The notes: generated by a model not told the origin, from the letters alone. Shown: positions 1 through 13,475, numbered from the stretch's first letter. The stretch is DNA of 64,000 nt from Tubulanus polymorphus (GCF_964204645.1 NC_134027.1:9890485-9954484); one strand, 5' to 3'. A program made the numbers and translations.

Positions 1-133
1 GGGATCTTCAAATCCAAGTTGGGTTAGGTGGTTCAGAAGATTTATATATCAGAATATGGAAGCTCTTAATAATTAATGAAGCCAGTTCTACTATCTATAT
101 GACATTGGACCAAGTTGAGCATTTATTCAATAC

Positions 134-269
134 CTCGGCTTTTGTTTTCCTTTCTTAAGTTCATGAGGGTCTTGATTGGAATGTCGTTGGGCTGCACTAG
201 CACCCGCGACAGTGCCACGACTCGCACCAAACAGTGCCTCTAAGTTGATAGGCGTGCTCGAAACCTGGA
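134..269 (-). CDS. DCP1: Dcp1 exon 7 (VQVSSTPINLEALFGASRG...KGKQKPR); gene continues beyond the window
   Basis: TTTCATCTAG acceptor, phase 1 continues the frame. PINLEALF resembles the DCP1 L...ELF helical motif. The donor AG|GTATTG is less certain. Confidence 0.65.
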
Positions 270-386
270 CTAGATGAAACGAATAAAAAGACAAAAAGAT
301 GTTGACGACATTTTCTAAAGAAATCACCGTCAAGACAAGACAAATAGACTGTGGACTGTGTTTCAGGTAAAATTTTGATGCCATAC

Positions 387-516
387 CATTTTCATGATCA
401 GGCCGTACGGGCTTCGGTTTCCTGATCGGGCTATGAGTTTTTCCATTCACGCTGCACCCTGGGTTGCTAATCATTGGCTTTGGTTCCGAACGATCGGCTA
501 TACCACCACTCTTTGT
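387..516 (-). CDS. DCP1: Dcp1 exon 6 (TKSGGIADRSEPKPMISNPG...RPDHEN), low-complexity region
   Basis: Open phase-0 frame after CTCTTTTCAAG, ending at a G|GTATGG donor. Supported by splice signals and frame continuity; little recognisable homology. Confidence 0.7.
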
Positions 517-800
517 CTTGAAAAGAGAAGAATAAAGTGAAACCATAGTGGGACCTAGTGGGACCCTTTAGTGGGACCTAAAAAGGTGATGATGCATTTC
601 AACCTCCATGATAACTAGGGGTTCAGGGACACCATGACAGCTGACAATTTCAATATTCAACATTCCCTGATTAACTGTAGATCATGTCATAAGCCACAAC
701 TTTACAATCGAATGTTGTCAAAAAATATGCATGGGTCCAGATATAAATGGAAATCACAAATTGACGACAAGCCCGGATGATGGCCGATGTCTCGACTTAC

Positions 801-978
801 CTGGTCGTACTCGTGCTGCGCTTTACTTAATAACTGTAATATATCTACGGTGTTGTTCTGATTGTGATGTCGCGGTTTCGGTCGTCGTTCGAACATCGTG
901 TCGCTCTCCGACGCTCGGCGCAGACGCCCGTTACTGTCGGCGCGTAGTGCGTACGTTTCAGCGGCTACTTGGACGAGT
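801..978 (-). CDS. DCP1: Dcp1 exon 5 (LVQVAAET...VDILQLLSKAQHEYDQ)
   Basis: 178-nt exon, TTTTTTCAG acceptor and GTAAGT donor. DIL.LLSKA..EY matches metazoan DCP1 motif I (DILEMLSRAKDEY). Phases 2/0. Confidence 0.93.
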
Positions 979-1465
979 CTGAAAAAAGTAGATCGTAATA
1001 AACCCCTTTATTCGAAGTAACGGCATACATTTTGATAAAAGCGTCCTGAAATCTACTACATTTACAAAAATATGTGCGTGCTACATTGTAGTACATGAAA
1101 TTCTCTTTGATGTTGGCAATACTAACACATTGATGACAGGTCGGTAGCGCATATCCCCCCCCAGTGAATCATATTCAAAGGGTTTAGTGAATTACCGACA
1201 CAATCAAAAGGCACAAGGGGCGATGCAGGTTTTGAAATGGTTGCCTTCAAAATCCATTGTTGTAAACGTTCCACCCCTAAAATCCATAAAGTTTTTTTTT
1301 CATTTCAAATTAAATTCTAGCGCAGTGCTGAACATCGTGTCTACCTTGCTCACAGTGTATTGTCATATGTTTGACAGGTGCTTCCATCTTTCAATCGAAA
1401 CACGAACCGAAAATAACAAATGAAAATACCGCACGCCGCAGGATTATCTCGACTCTTATACACAA

Positions 1466-1575
1466 GGGCCAAGTTCCACAGTTCTGAGTTAAGATTTGAA
1501 TCTGGGTTAACTCATTGAAAATGAACTACATTTAACTCAGGGTTAACTCTAACTCACGACTGTGGAACTGGGTCC
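1466..1575. mobile_element. Short MITE, family B (TIR GG.CCAGTT.CACAGT)
   Basis: gggccaagttccacagttctgagtta ... taactcacgactgtggaactgggtcc inverted termini. Confidence 0.7.
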
Positions 1576-3765
1576 TGAAATAAAAATTGTTACTTAATCG
1601 ACTTAATCATCTTAAGTTGTTCGCATGTAACAAAAACAGGATACGATGAGTTTAATAGAAAAAAAGCTTGTGAATTATTCGCATTAGGAAAAGCACGCAC
1701 AACCAGCTCCGCAGTGCTTTATCCTTAATACTCGACTTAATCAAACAAAATTCTTATACTGTGCACGGAGCATGCGTCTGCTTAATCATTGCCGATTTAG
1801 ATTAAAAACCTCAGAACACAGAACATAATTAAAATAAATCTGCTCATCAACACCCACTGATAATGCAGGTATAGACAATTCTTTCAATAAGCAATTTATG
1901 CACAAACTGCAAAACAGTTTCAGGCAAATTGAATACAGAAACGTGAAGCCCACGTAAGCTTCAGTTCTGATGTCACAAATTGAACAGTGCGCAACCACAG
2001 TATCATAAGCAGCTCTTTGGATCGACATATATAGAGACATATTTTCAGAGATGAATAATTTTTTTCCCATTTTAGCTAACAATTGGGCAACTGGCCCCCG
2101 ACTGACTTGTTTTCCCTACAATTCATGCTAAACAAAATTTAATTGAATTTGGTTGGTTTGCTGAATAAAATTAAATTGATATTTATTGTTAAAATAAAGT
2201 TGAATCTAATTTGCAGATCAGCCACTTCAAGATTTGATTCAAATGATTTCAATATAGTACATAAAAGTGTAATACTCGAGCTGTACCAACTAGGGTGTGT
2301 AACTACATCTTGAATTTCTTGGTGAGATACAGCTTAATCAAGTCACAATGATGGCTTAGAAAGATTGACAGGGGCAACAAGGTGCCCAATCACGCCAAGT
2401 GATATTGTCATCCGCATATCAATTGAATTGGTTGTACTGAAGACTGCAAAAATAGCCCATTAAAACTGATTGTCTTTTTTGAAATATGATTTATTGAAAA
2501 TACGACATGTCACTCTTTCGACAAGTATGATTAATGAAGAAAAGACTTCCAAGCTTAAAGAACGCAAATTTTTATCTTTTTAGTTTTCAATCTTATTTAC
2601 ATAAGTATAGGAACGGACTTCTTTTCTTAAAAGAAGATTTTAGGGTAACAATATTTTCGAGTAATATCAGTTGAGAAGCTTAACTCGGCAACATCACCGT
2701 AGCGAACCGCATTCTTTCGATACTGTGCAATAAATATTTCAAACCAACTTCGAAAGTTATTCCAAAACCGAACAATTCCACATTCATTCAGGTTGATATT
2801 TGATATCCATTATTATATATGATATTTGAACCAGATATTTGAGTCTGAACTGAAGAATGTCGTTTCATATCAGAAGAAAACTCTTTTTTTAGTATCTAGT
2901 CGTCGAAAATACTAAAGCCACTGCCAATAACTGAATCATATATTATTGATACTAAGAAGATACTAATAGCAAGTGACTGGGAGTATGCTGGCCATTTGGC
3001 CTAGACATTTTCATATCTGGCTATGGGTGCACAGCCTTTAGAATGTGGTCGTCGACCTTACTATTAGAAGGTGGTCTTCGCTGCGGAATGGCTAACACAA
3101 CAGATGCAATCAGATGTTAATGCAATCTGGCCAAGATCTTATGGAGAAGTCGAACCCATGGGAATGTCGAGTCGGTAATATTCAATCATATTATATTATG
3201 TCAACCTGGAATCTGATTGCTACGCGGTACTTATTTTCAATAAGATTCTTGGCGAGACATCCAGATATTGGAAGATGTCTCGCGCGCTCCTTCAAACCGG
3301 GTCACAACATAAAAGGTAATTGTTCTAGGTAAACTAAAATTAGCTTAAGCCAATACGCCATTTGCATTGGTATGATAGGAATAGGGAGTCAACAATAATT
3401 GGGCTCTATTTACTTTAGTCAGTGACACCAATCCGTGCATATTGGCATCGAAAACGATATCCAATCCAAACCTACCAGGAAGTGGGATCTCAAACCAAGA
3501 TATCATGATTCACAATTCACCTTTTAGAGAGGTTTCTACCTACGGTCAGTTATCGGATGAAACATATTCTACCTAAATATGGATGGTCCTGTACGTTACA
3601 CGTTCGGTAAATGAATATTCTTAATCCACGTAACATACAGGGCCATTATCAATTGAAAGAAAATTATTACCGAAATTCTTTGTAAAGGAGGTATAATCAT
3701 GAAGGAGGGTTGGTAGTATCGAAGCGATTTGACCAGTCTTTACGGGCACCGGCAGTTATACTTAC

Positions 3766-3832
3766 GAGTTCATCAACTGTCCAAGCCTCGCACATTCATC
3801 TTTATCATAGAACCATATGCCAAATATGTTGG
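3766..3832 (-). CDS. DCP1: Dcp1 exon 4 (ANIFGIWFYDKDECARLGQLMNS)
   Basis: 67-nt exon, TTTTCCAG acceptor and GTAAG donor. IWFYDK..C motif closes the EVH1 domain. Phases 1/2. Confidence 0.96.
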
Positions 3833-3979
3833 CTGGAAAAATAAAATTAAGCCTGAATACAACATTGAACAAACTTCCTGGTCTAACTACACGAATACGT
3901 GTATCTATTCATTTTTCGATTCAGTTAGATTATTTTTAAAAAATAATTATCTATGATTATCGCGAGAACTAACGCTAAC

Positions 3980-4107
3980 CTTGCGCATTTTTATACAGCA
4001 AAAATGGATCTTGCAGCTGAAATTCCAGATCTTTCGTGATCGGTTCGATTTGATTGTTCAAACCGAGACGATTCAGTATCATAAATCCGTTGATAGGTGG
4101 CGCCGAC
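3980..4107 (-). CDS. DCP1: Dcp1 exon 3 (SAPPINGFMILNRLGLNNQIEPITKDLEFQLQDPFLLYKNAQ)
   Basis: 128-nt exon, TTTTGCAG acceptor and GTTAG donor. Contains the NR-loop (NRL) and DLEFQL.DPFLLY motifs. Phases 2/1. Confidence 0.96.
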
Positions 4108-6215
4108 CTGCAAAACATATAAAGAACGAAGACGTTAGCAATATGATTACTATATCAGGCAAAAACCATCTCATCGCTTTGAGATATCGTCGATGAATAA
4201 ATCCGCTAAAAAGAGACGAAAGTAAAAATTCTGCCTACACACACAACAGCCTTGTAATTAATATTATTTCTTATCATAATACAAAATTAGCCAATCCCAA
4301 AATAAATATAATAAAATAAATATCAATAAATATGAATAATAAAGGATATGTTTTCCATTTTCCATTTTCATGCTCTCATAAATGGCTGTGGAAGATAGGA
4401 CTTCGCGGAAAAGAAACATTTTTATTCGGCGTTACAAAATGTTTGCAAAAGTCTCGAGGTCATCACAATAAACAGTTTCTTGTTCTTCGAAATTTTGCGA
4501 AGCATTTTTAGCAAGCGAAAACTGTTGATTTCCGAGTAAATTCCCTCATCTCCTTCTCTTCGTCTCATGCTGTTACGTACTAAAGGAATGCCGGAGTGCA
4601 AAGAACATGATTACCGTAGAAAAAAGTCATTTGTCACCATTAGAATACAATCATTTCCTCTCCGTGGGAATCACATATCCCGAGAAATTGCACGGACACT
4701 CAACGCCTGCCGACTCGACAATTAGCTGCACGCCAGGAATCATTAAGGGCAAATAATGCTGAAACACGAACATCCATCGTCACCATCAATGACCAGGTAA
4801 AGAAATAAGAAATGTGCTCATCCACCGAATTGTTTATAGGCTCTATTCTAAAGAGTAACTTCATGCCATATTACCTTAAACGCACCAACTTCATAAGCAA
4901 CTATGAAGTCGATGATTATGATTCGAATATGAAGGTATACAAGGTAATAGGTTTTCCCCACTACTCAGGGGTGACCCCGTGACTGAAGAGCTCTCCAAGT
5001 GACGTCATTACCAAAGAACAAGGTCAAGCAACGATCAGTAGAATTGGGAAATTTTCTTGACGATGAAATATTCCATCTTAATTACAACACATCCTACCAA
5101 TGACAAAATATCATCTGTGTACATCCAGTTGTTACAATTTGTGCCACCAAGAGCCAACAGAAGCAGGGATGAAAACGGCCCATATTGAAAAAGTCCGAAA
5201 ATATTTTCAAAAAGAATTTTTTTGGGGAACAAAAATCAGTAACTTTTAGCCAAAAAAATTACTTCCTTTTGGTAAAAATGTTAATAGTTTGGACCTGAAT
5301 TAGAGCCGCTTTTTGAATGAGACGCCATATTGGTTTCTCCGACTCCACAGTTGTGCTAACAACTGCCGAAAACCGTCTTAAGGAGCACTCCTAACTACGG
5401 AGCGCTCCGATGTGACGCCCGCGATTGAGGTGATTAAAGCGATTGAGGTGATTTACACTGTTCTCAGGAATAAACAAAATGTTAGAAAAGGTCGGAAATC
5501 CGTCTATGGTTGGAAGATTTTCATCCCTGCAGAAGGTTATTCTCAGAACCAGGAGTTGATCATAAAAAACGTACGATGGTTCAATGGATGGAAGGCTTCT
5601 CTAGGATAAAAGACTTCATCAGCACCAGTCTCAGATATCCTCGACAAATGCTGTTTTATCAAGAGTTGGTTGAATTGTTTGAGACGCAGATCATTTTATC
5701 CATATCACCTGATGCAAACATCCTATACAGAGTGTATTTCGTAAAGAAAAAACAAGAGGAAAACCCTGTGGCTTCAAGTTAGTCTCTGCCTTAACGAAAC
5801 AGAAAGATTTTTCCGTCAACGAAGAGCAGTCAGGTTTCGATGCACTAAAAAGAGCGACTGACTGACTACTAATCCTCGTTCAATTGAGGATAGACACAAT
5901 GCCGACGACAATGTCATCGAAAACCACCTCTGCATCCAGTTACATTCTACGTATTTGGTATACAACGGTGTATCCGAGTTGGACACCAATAAGATTTATG
6001 ATAATAAGCGTATCATGCCATACATTACCGAGACAACCTCGGGGCTCATTGCACTTTGTCGCCATTTGATCTTCAGACCGGTCGCTACAAGAAACTAATC
6101 ATCCATATATCGGATGTGTTTCTAAATCTAAGTGCACACTGACTCGACACAGGTTGAGAATTGGTTGTTAGATCCATTTCCATAATTTTCGGAATCGATT
6201 TAGCTGTAGGACTAC

Positions 6216-6437
6216 AGCCGCGATCACATAAGCGTTTTTGGCCGGGGCAAAATTTGGCCTTAAAACCACTCTTCACGTGGGTGCCAAAATGGGCCCGTGC
6301 TTATTTGACTTGCAACTGGTTCCGGAGATGACTCACTTCGCTTTGTTTAAGCATGGTTTTATATCGAGTGAGTGGTTTACGTGTGAGGCACTAGCAAAAT
6401 TTGGCTCAGGCCAAATCGTCTCCGCGTGATCGCAACT
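6216..6437 (+). mobile_element. MITE family A copy (TIR AGCCGCGATCACAC)
   Basis: Terminal inverted repeats plus an internal sequence (ctggttccgga..tgactcacttcgctttgtttaagcat) shared with at least 7 other copies in the window. Confidence 0.8.
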
Positions 6438-8024
6438 TATGTTTGTTGATAAAGCAAGGGCACCCACAAGGCTACGATTAAGGCATATTCAGATTCTGGA
6501 ATACTTATTTCGTCATCTACCAAAGTATACGGAAGACATGAAAAATAAATTCACGTCTGCCGTTGATATTGCGAGTGACATTTAGACTAGACGAGATTCC
6601 ATGTAAAAAGATGCCGTCAAAATTTGGTTGGATGCCAAAATTGATTTTGCAACAATGCGTACAGCCGGTTTGTCTTAATCGGGTAAAGCATCAGCTCGAA
6701 GAACAAAAACACCACCAACCACTACAGAAACTAACTAACATTTCGTATCTAATGCCGGTATATCATTGAAATCAAAACCATTGTTACGGGGAGTACGAGG
6801 AGGCCGCCTCGCCTTAAGATGTGAAAACAAGTGGCGCAGTTCCCAGGAAATGAAACGTTTTAATTAGATTTCGCTGACACATGTCAAGACTAAAGAGGAA
6901 CGATCCAGCGAACAATAATAAGCTGCATAAGCGTGATAATATTCCTTCAAGGAGTTGAACGGTTCTGCACAACGCAGTCCTTTGTCATTGTTACGCAGCT
7001 TGTGTATTCCTTATTCCACGAATTATGAACTTTCAATCATATCTTCAAATATTTTCTTCTGAAGACCGATGTATAAAATTCATGACCCAGTTGCGAGTGA
7101 GACTTCCAGTGCTAAGCCCTAGAAATATTTTTTTTTAGTATTGATAACAAGCATAGTGTTCTGAAAACCAAAGATTCCATCCACTGGTTCAGCCTATATC
7201 ATGCGCACAAGGCCTTTCTAAATAACTATTACAAAAAAGATGGCTGCCAGTCAGCCATCTTAAAAGGTGGAACCTCAATCAATAGTGTGCTTCCTAACAT
7301 GATACAACAACATGTTATAGAATCCTAAAACATTCGATCCTCTAATTCAACCTGTATGCTGCTCACAAGAAACGAACGCACTGATGGATGGACTAACGAA
7401 AATTCATATTTCGCACATTTTCTTTGTGAGATTTTAGGGTCAGGCCCCGATGTCACATTCTAGATGAGAGTTATAATATCATGTCCTCCGCCCATTACAA
7501 TTTCTTCCAAGTAAATTTGTGAGAATGTATCAGATTTTGACCTATGGGCAAGTAAAAGTTGACGCTATAGAATCAAACTTTCATTCTATGGGGATGAACC
7601 AAGACCAAGCAAGGGCTAGGCATCAAGATTTAACCCAAATGTTGCCGTGATGGTTACCGTCCGTATGAGAAGGTTATAAAGGATATTAACCAAGAGCCTG
7701 AATGCATAAACCGAAGAAATACGAATTATCAGGAAAATGCAGTCAGCTGTGTATGCACGTATAAATGCAGCGATGTTCCCTATTTATTTATCTAATATCA
7801 GTTCATATTTCTGTTTGATTAACATTAATAATAACATTACAGTTTACGTCTACACTGCGTTCAACGTATCATAAACTAGATGGAAATATCTGATCTAGGG
7901 CCCAGCTACTGGAGTAGTTCTCAGGTAGTACTCGTTTCAGACCTATATAGACAATCCAAAATGGATTAAGACCATTGCCAGCCTGCCATGGTATGAAGCC
8001 CTGCCACAGTAGATTGGTACACTG

Positions 8025-8162
8025 GGACCGGTTGCATAGTCATGACTTAGACTTAAGTCCAGTCTAAGACCAACTTAGTTCTATAGCCAATCTAACTACT
8101 TAAGACCAGTCTTAAGATTTAAGACCACTTTTGGACTTAAGTCACGACTGTGCAACTGGCCC
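8025..8162. mobile_element. Short MITE related to family B, CTG target duplication
   Basis: TIRs ggaccggttgcatagtcatgactta and taagtcacgactgtgcaactggccc, flanked by ctg on both sides. Confidence 0.75.
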
Positions 8163-10719
8163 CTGATCTCAAAGTAAAAACGAACATAAACTAACAGTAA
8201 CATTATTGTTGATTGGTTTATCACTCTCAGGTGGAAGGAAGGTGTAGGCCTACATACACATGGTTGAACCAGTTGATGGAATCTTGTTGCTGACCCTAGT
8301 ACCAGTCCAAGTGGAGTGCATCCATGCAAGAGACGACGATAAATACCAGAAGACAGATCTGGAGGATGAGACTCATGACAAACATCCTACACCACGACAG
8401 CATGATTTCAGTATAAGAAAAACGATACGGTTAGGAACAAAATACTAGAATCCATTAAAATTCTATGGACTAGACAGTTAGCGAACCTAAGTGGAGATGA
8501 AGCTTACCATCTTTAGTTCGCTTCTCATCATTACCTGAGAACCATAATCCATAATCCATAAATCCATAATCCATGGATACGCACTTATACACGCAAATGC
8601 CAATATCTACAATATCGGAGAGGCCACATCCATAGATAGAATTCCCCAATGTGCGCTCATTGAATCTTTTTCTCGGGTGATGCTTAACATCACTTCAACA
8701 TAAAGAACATTATAATGATACATCCAAGGTTTCCATTGATTGCAAAATTAAACTTCATGTGTTGAAGAATAGCATCGTAGCTCGGTGATCGTCTTTATAA
8801 AAAATACATAAAATGAATTTCAATTTTAAAACATTGAGGATTTCAACTATGTATAGGCCTAATTAAGGGCCATGGTGGTACAATTAAATAAACTTCAACT
8901 TTGATAATGAGGAGAAAATACAACATGAACAATTTCTCCCACTGCTGGCAAAATTTATAACCCGAACAACCTGAAAAAATATACCGATAATGGTAATATC
9001 ACTGCGTTTATTTTTTGGAAATATCATTTTCAACGAAGTGAATGGTAAGCTGACAATATCGAGAATTCACATGCTGAAACCACCCCCCTGTATAGTGGCA
9101 CTCGTGCGAACACATACATGCACACACTACACAGTATCATCATTGAGCTGACGGGATATCATCAGCCGCAACTCAACCACCAGCCGCGGAGACCGATCTC
9201 ACTCTCACTGAGTTCGAAAAACATAAACAAAAACAAAGACAAAACGAAATTGCATTTGATTAACATCATTCGCACAAACTATAATTCATCGTCGATACTT
9301 TATGTAAAGCGCATATATAGAGGATATATATATAAACAATATCATCAGGATTCTATCTCTACTTTCATTCAGTTGGATTTTAACTACCTCTCGATTTCGT
9401 CGATGGAACTCGCATTTTTTACGATCGAATAAGGTGAGTCGAAGAAGAAGTATCCGGGGCCAATTTCGTAAAAACATTGCGTACATGCGCTGCCTACATA
9501 TCGGAGCTGTTGCTTACTTGTAAGAGATTAGCTAACCTTGAGTTAAGAAGTTTTGCATTATGAGTTTTCAAGTATAATGCATTACTTGTGAGCTCGAATA
9601 TAAGGTTTATCAATTAACTTGTTAACTCTGTATCTAGTATGTCAAGTAAGCCGGTTGATGGGTCAGCTTCCCACTTGGAGATTGGCTGTATGTATGTTGC
9701 CAGTGTCACTGATAATCTCATTCTTAGAGCGTATCTGTGAGATCAGCTTCTCTATGACAAATCCCCGGAATTTCCCAAACCACGGATGGACATATCGAAG
9801 GTTTAATAACAAAACTTATCAGTCGTGGCTGTCAGATGCCGGCAAATGAATGAGTATGAACTAGGGGTGGAATTTACCTAGATAGCATATGCTGAAAAAA
9901 TGTTTATTCAAGGTCAGCAGTGAAGCTCCACTGTTGTGGTCTGACATGACTTCATACCAAAACAATCAAACGTTAATGAATTATTGAAATAAATATTAGT
10001 CCCACAATGACGAAGCCGAAAAGATAAAATGTAGAATAGTTAAAATTTATTTCTAAAAATCTAAAAACCATTAGTAGAGCAAGGAATGATGATTGTTGCT
10101 TGAAAACGGTTTTTAGGTGAAAACTGAATGAAATTTCGGATTTTTATAAATAAATTTTAACATCTAACTTTTCAGCTTCGCGATTGTGGAACTAATATTT
10201 GATTTTAAATAAAAATAATATAAATAAAATATTTTAATTAAACTTCGCAAATCATTGCGAAGTTTTACATTCATTATTGATTATCTGGAAACTAAATTCT
10301 TAGTTTATTCTAAAATCAAAACTAAGCAGGAAAGTCTGTATCAAAGAGTCGATATCATACCGAAGCTCACTTAAAGGGAAAAAAGGAAATGTGTAAATGT
10401 AAAAGGGCAAAAAAAGATGTGCATAGAGCTTCAGAAATCGCTGATACGCGCGCAACATTCAGAAATGTGTGCCAGAAATACATCATCAAAATTCCAGGTA
10501 AGACAAAATACCTGAAACTACATCGTACGAAATGGTTTCACGTATTAAACCAAAAAAAAGATGCTGCTGAAGTATTTACAATCGAATGGAAAACACAATA
10601 TACCGCATTATTCGCCGGGTAATACAAGAACAACTAGTTCTATTTAACCAGAGCGATACATAATATTGTTAGAATTCGTTCTCTACAAACTAACAAAACG
10701 ATTTTATCTTTCCAACAAA

Positions 10720-10949
<230 letters not shown>

Positions 10950-13216
10950 ATAACATACTGAAAAATACGAACTGTTTCGCACGGAAATTACTCGGGGTGG
11001 GGGTATAGGGGGTATAATGCGCAGAACGCAAAAGATATTTATTTGAGCACCGCTTAACCCAACTAATTCAAAAGACTTCGAACAGATGGATGTTTTCTGG
11101 TTGGCATTAATTTAAAGCATTCCGGTTTGCATCTTAATCAGAGAACATTTTTTGACGGCCGTAAAAACCATTTCAATAATGTTTACATATAGTACGCTTT
11201 ATATAGGAGGTTCCGTGAGAGTCGTTGAGCTATACGTCATCGTTATTGGTCATCAATATTCGCATCTAAAAATAACAATTACAATTGTGAAATTTAGTAT
11301 TTACTTTGTAATTAAATATGTTTCGTAACTCTTATTCTATTTTTGATAAATTCTAATAATCATTTTTGAGGCTGTGCACTACTTCATCAATATATCAGGG
11401 CTAGACTGGTTGCCGGTCAATTCAATTCAAATATCAATATATTCAAATCCAAAATAACTTTATTGATCCTTAGTATTATATAATTCATATTATATTATTC
11501 ATTGTTGAATTTAACCAATATAAACGTTATCTTTCACGGGCGTCAATAAACTTTCAAGTAAGTTTTCTTGTTCCACTTGTGGCAATTGCAATGCCAAAAC
11601 AAAGCGCCCACTTTACAAATGAGCAGTAAAGAAGAAAATTTTGCCGGTCCAAAGATGACTGTTTGATACCGATCAAAATGGCGTCTTCGATGGCTGTTAG
11701 GGATCATCTGTTACCTGCTGATCTACATCCAATTTCACCAATCCTATCACTATTCGTTCTGACCGGCGCTTTAAACTTATCTACTCAATTCTTTTCACAC
11801 TTAGCATTCCCATTTGGAATAGTTACGACGAATTGACATTAAAAATAGTAATTTTGTCGAACTAACTAGGAATTGATCTAATTTCGTCGGAGCTTTCTTA
11901 ACAAGGTGCAATTCAGCCAACGTACGATCTACGTCGAAAAATACTATATCTTTACAAATTTTTCTGGAGCTATACTTCAATCGCTTATGAGTACGGGATA
12001 GCGCACGATGCAGTACGCTAGGTTAACTCGAACATCGACTCCTGTCAATTCGTGAAATGGTTTTATCGTTTACCGGGGCGTAAGCTTTCACGGTTTCCAT
12101 CTGTTTTTAACCAGTACGACTCGTGTTCTGCGAAAAAATGTAAGTTAACAACGCGTGCCCGAAGTGCAGCATATATACAACAAGTGTTGCATCTCGAACG
12201 GCACAACAACACTCGCAAAAAGAAAATGAATTGCTTCAGGTTCGTAAGTAGATTTTTGGAGCCTCATTACCGTAGATTATCCTTTTCTCAAGAGGTAATA
12301 CGAAGCAGACTTTAAGTATACCGGTCTTTGTTCGTTTGACTCCGTGGGAACTCCGGAAGTTTTCAGTTCGATCATGCGAAACAGCGGGTTTCAGGGAAAA
12401 ACGAATGGCTCACTCTTTCATCTAGGATGATCCAATACTTCTCCACGGATCCTGAGATGAAGCCCCCTGCCCAATGCTTGCTTAGGTGGGTTACACACAT
12501 TCAAACAAATGGCATGGAAAAACCTACTACTTTAGAATCAAGCGCTAATATCTAGCTTAAGGGGATACCCTTAAAAGTCACAATAACAAACCACGCTCAT
12601 ATCAGACAAATTTGGGTGAAGCAGTTCGTTTCACAAGAAAAAAGGAGTTAGGAGACGGTTAGTAGAAATAAGTAGCATCATGGACTATAAAAAACGAATA
12701 ACAGTTAGGGCCTATCCGTTTACAGGCACTATTAAGTAAACCAGAACCTCAGTCGTTGACTTAATCCGTAAATTCTGGAAAGGACGAGTTAGATGTTCCG
12801 TGCGATCAAATTCTAGTATCGAAGGTGCCGTTGTTGGCTTCTCGCAGCCGAGATGTCCAAATTTAGCTAAAAAATGCCAGATTGCTAGCGTGCAAAAAAA
12901 ATGCCACAAGTCAATCATCCTCACGGACAATGAGATATTGTTAGATTGTTATTTATGGCTTATCACTCGGCACGAGACCCGACGACGACAGAGCACGAGA
13001 AGAGAAACGATCTATCTGTAGGTAAGACAAATGACGACAATGATACAAGTAATATGCTGTAATTATCAATCACCTTTGAGACACTCATTTGTCTTCATTT
13101 TTATCCTCGTAGCTCCCAGCGCACAGCACACGGTTCTCTCATTAGCGCGACTATCGTATCATTCCTATACGAGCAATGGTGTAAACAAACGTATATATAT
13201 ATATATATATGAGGAC

Positions 13217-13475
13217 TGTGCCCGAGTAAAAAGGACAACGTTCACTTTAATTCTTCTTAGTTAAACAAGACTCAAGAGTTAACTTTTCAAGATCTTCAAC
13301 TGTTATGTATACACGCGTTGAAACTGAGAAAAATCAATTGACAATTTTGAACTTTTTTCTTCACTCTCGGTTCCGGAAACACGTTCATTTATCTCGCGAG
13401 ATTAAGTTACAGTGACCGAGTAAAGACGACGTTCACTTTAAGTTAAACGAGACTCAAGAGTTAAATTCAAGATTC
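13217..13475 (+). repeat. Degenerate direct duplication of ~65-75 bp
   Basis: gtg.ccgagtaaa..gac.acgttcactttaa...gttaaac.agactcaagagttaa...ttcaagat occurs at ~13218 and ~13412. Confidence 0.75.

Noticed and set aside
4607-4796. Plus-strand ORF MITVEKS...IIKGK with a CAG|GTAAAG donor as a coding Cav1 exon 1a
   Set aside because: The frame that would join Cav1 exon 2 contains stops before the donor, and there is no similarity to known exon 1a.
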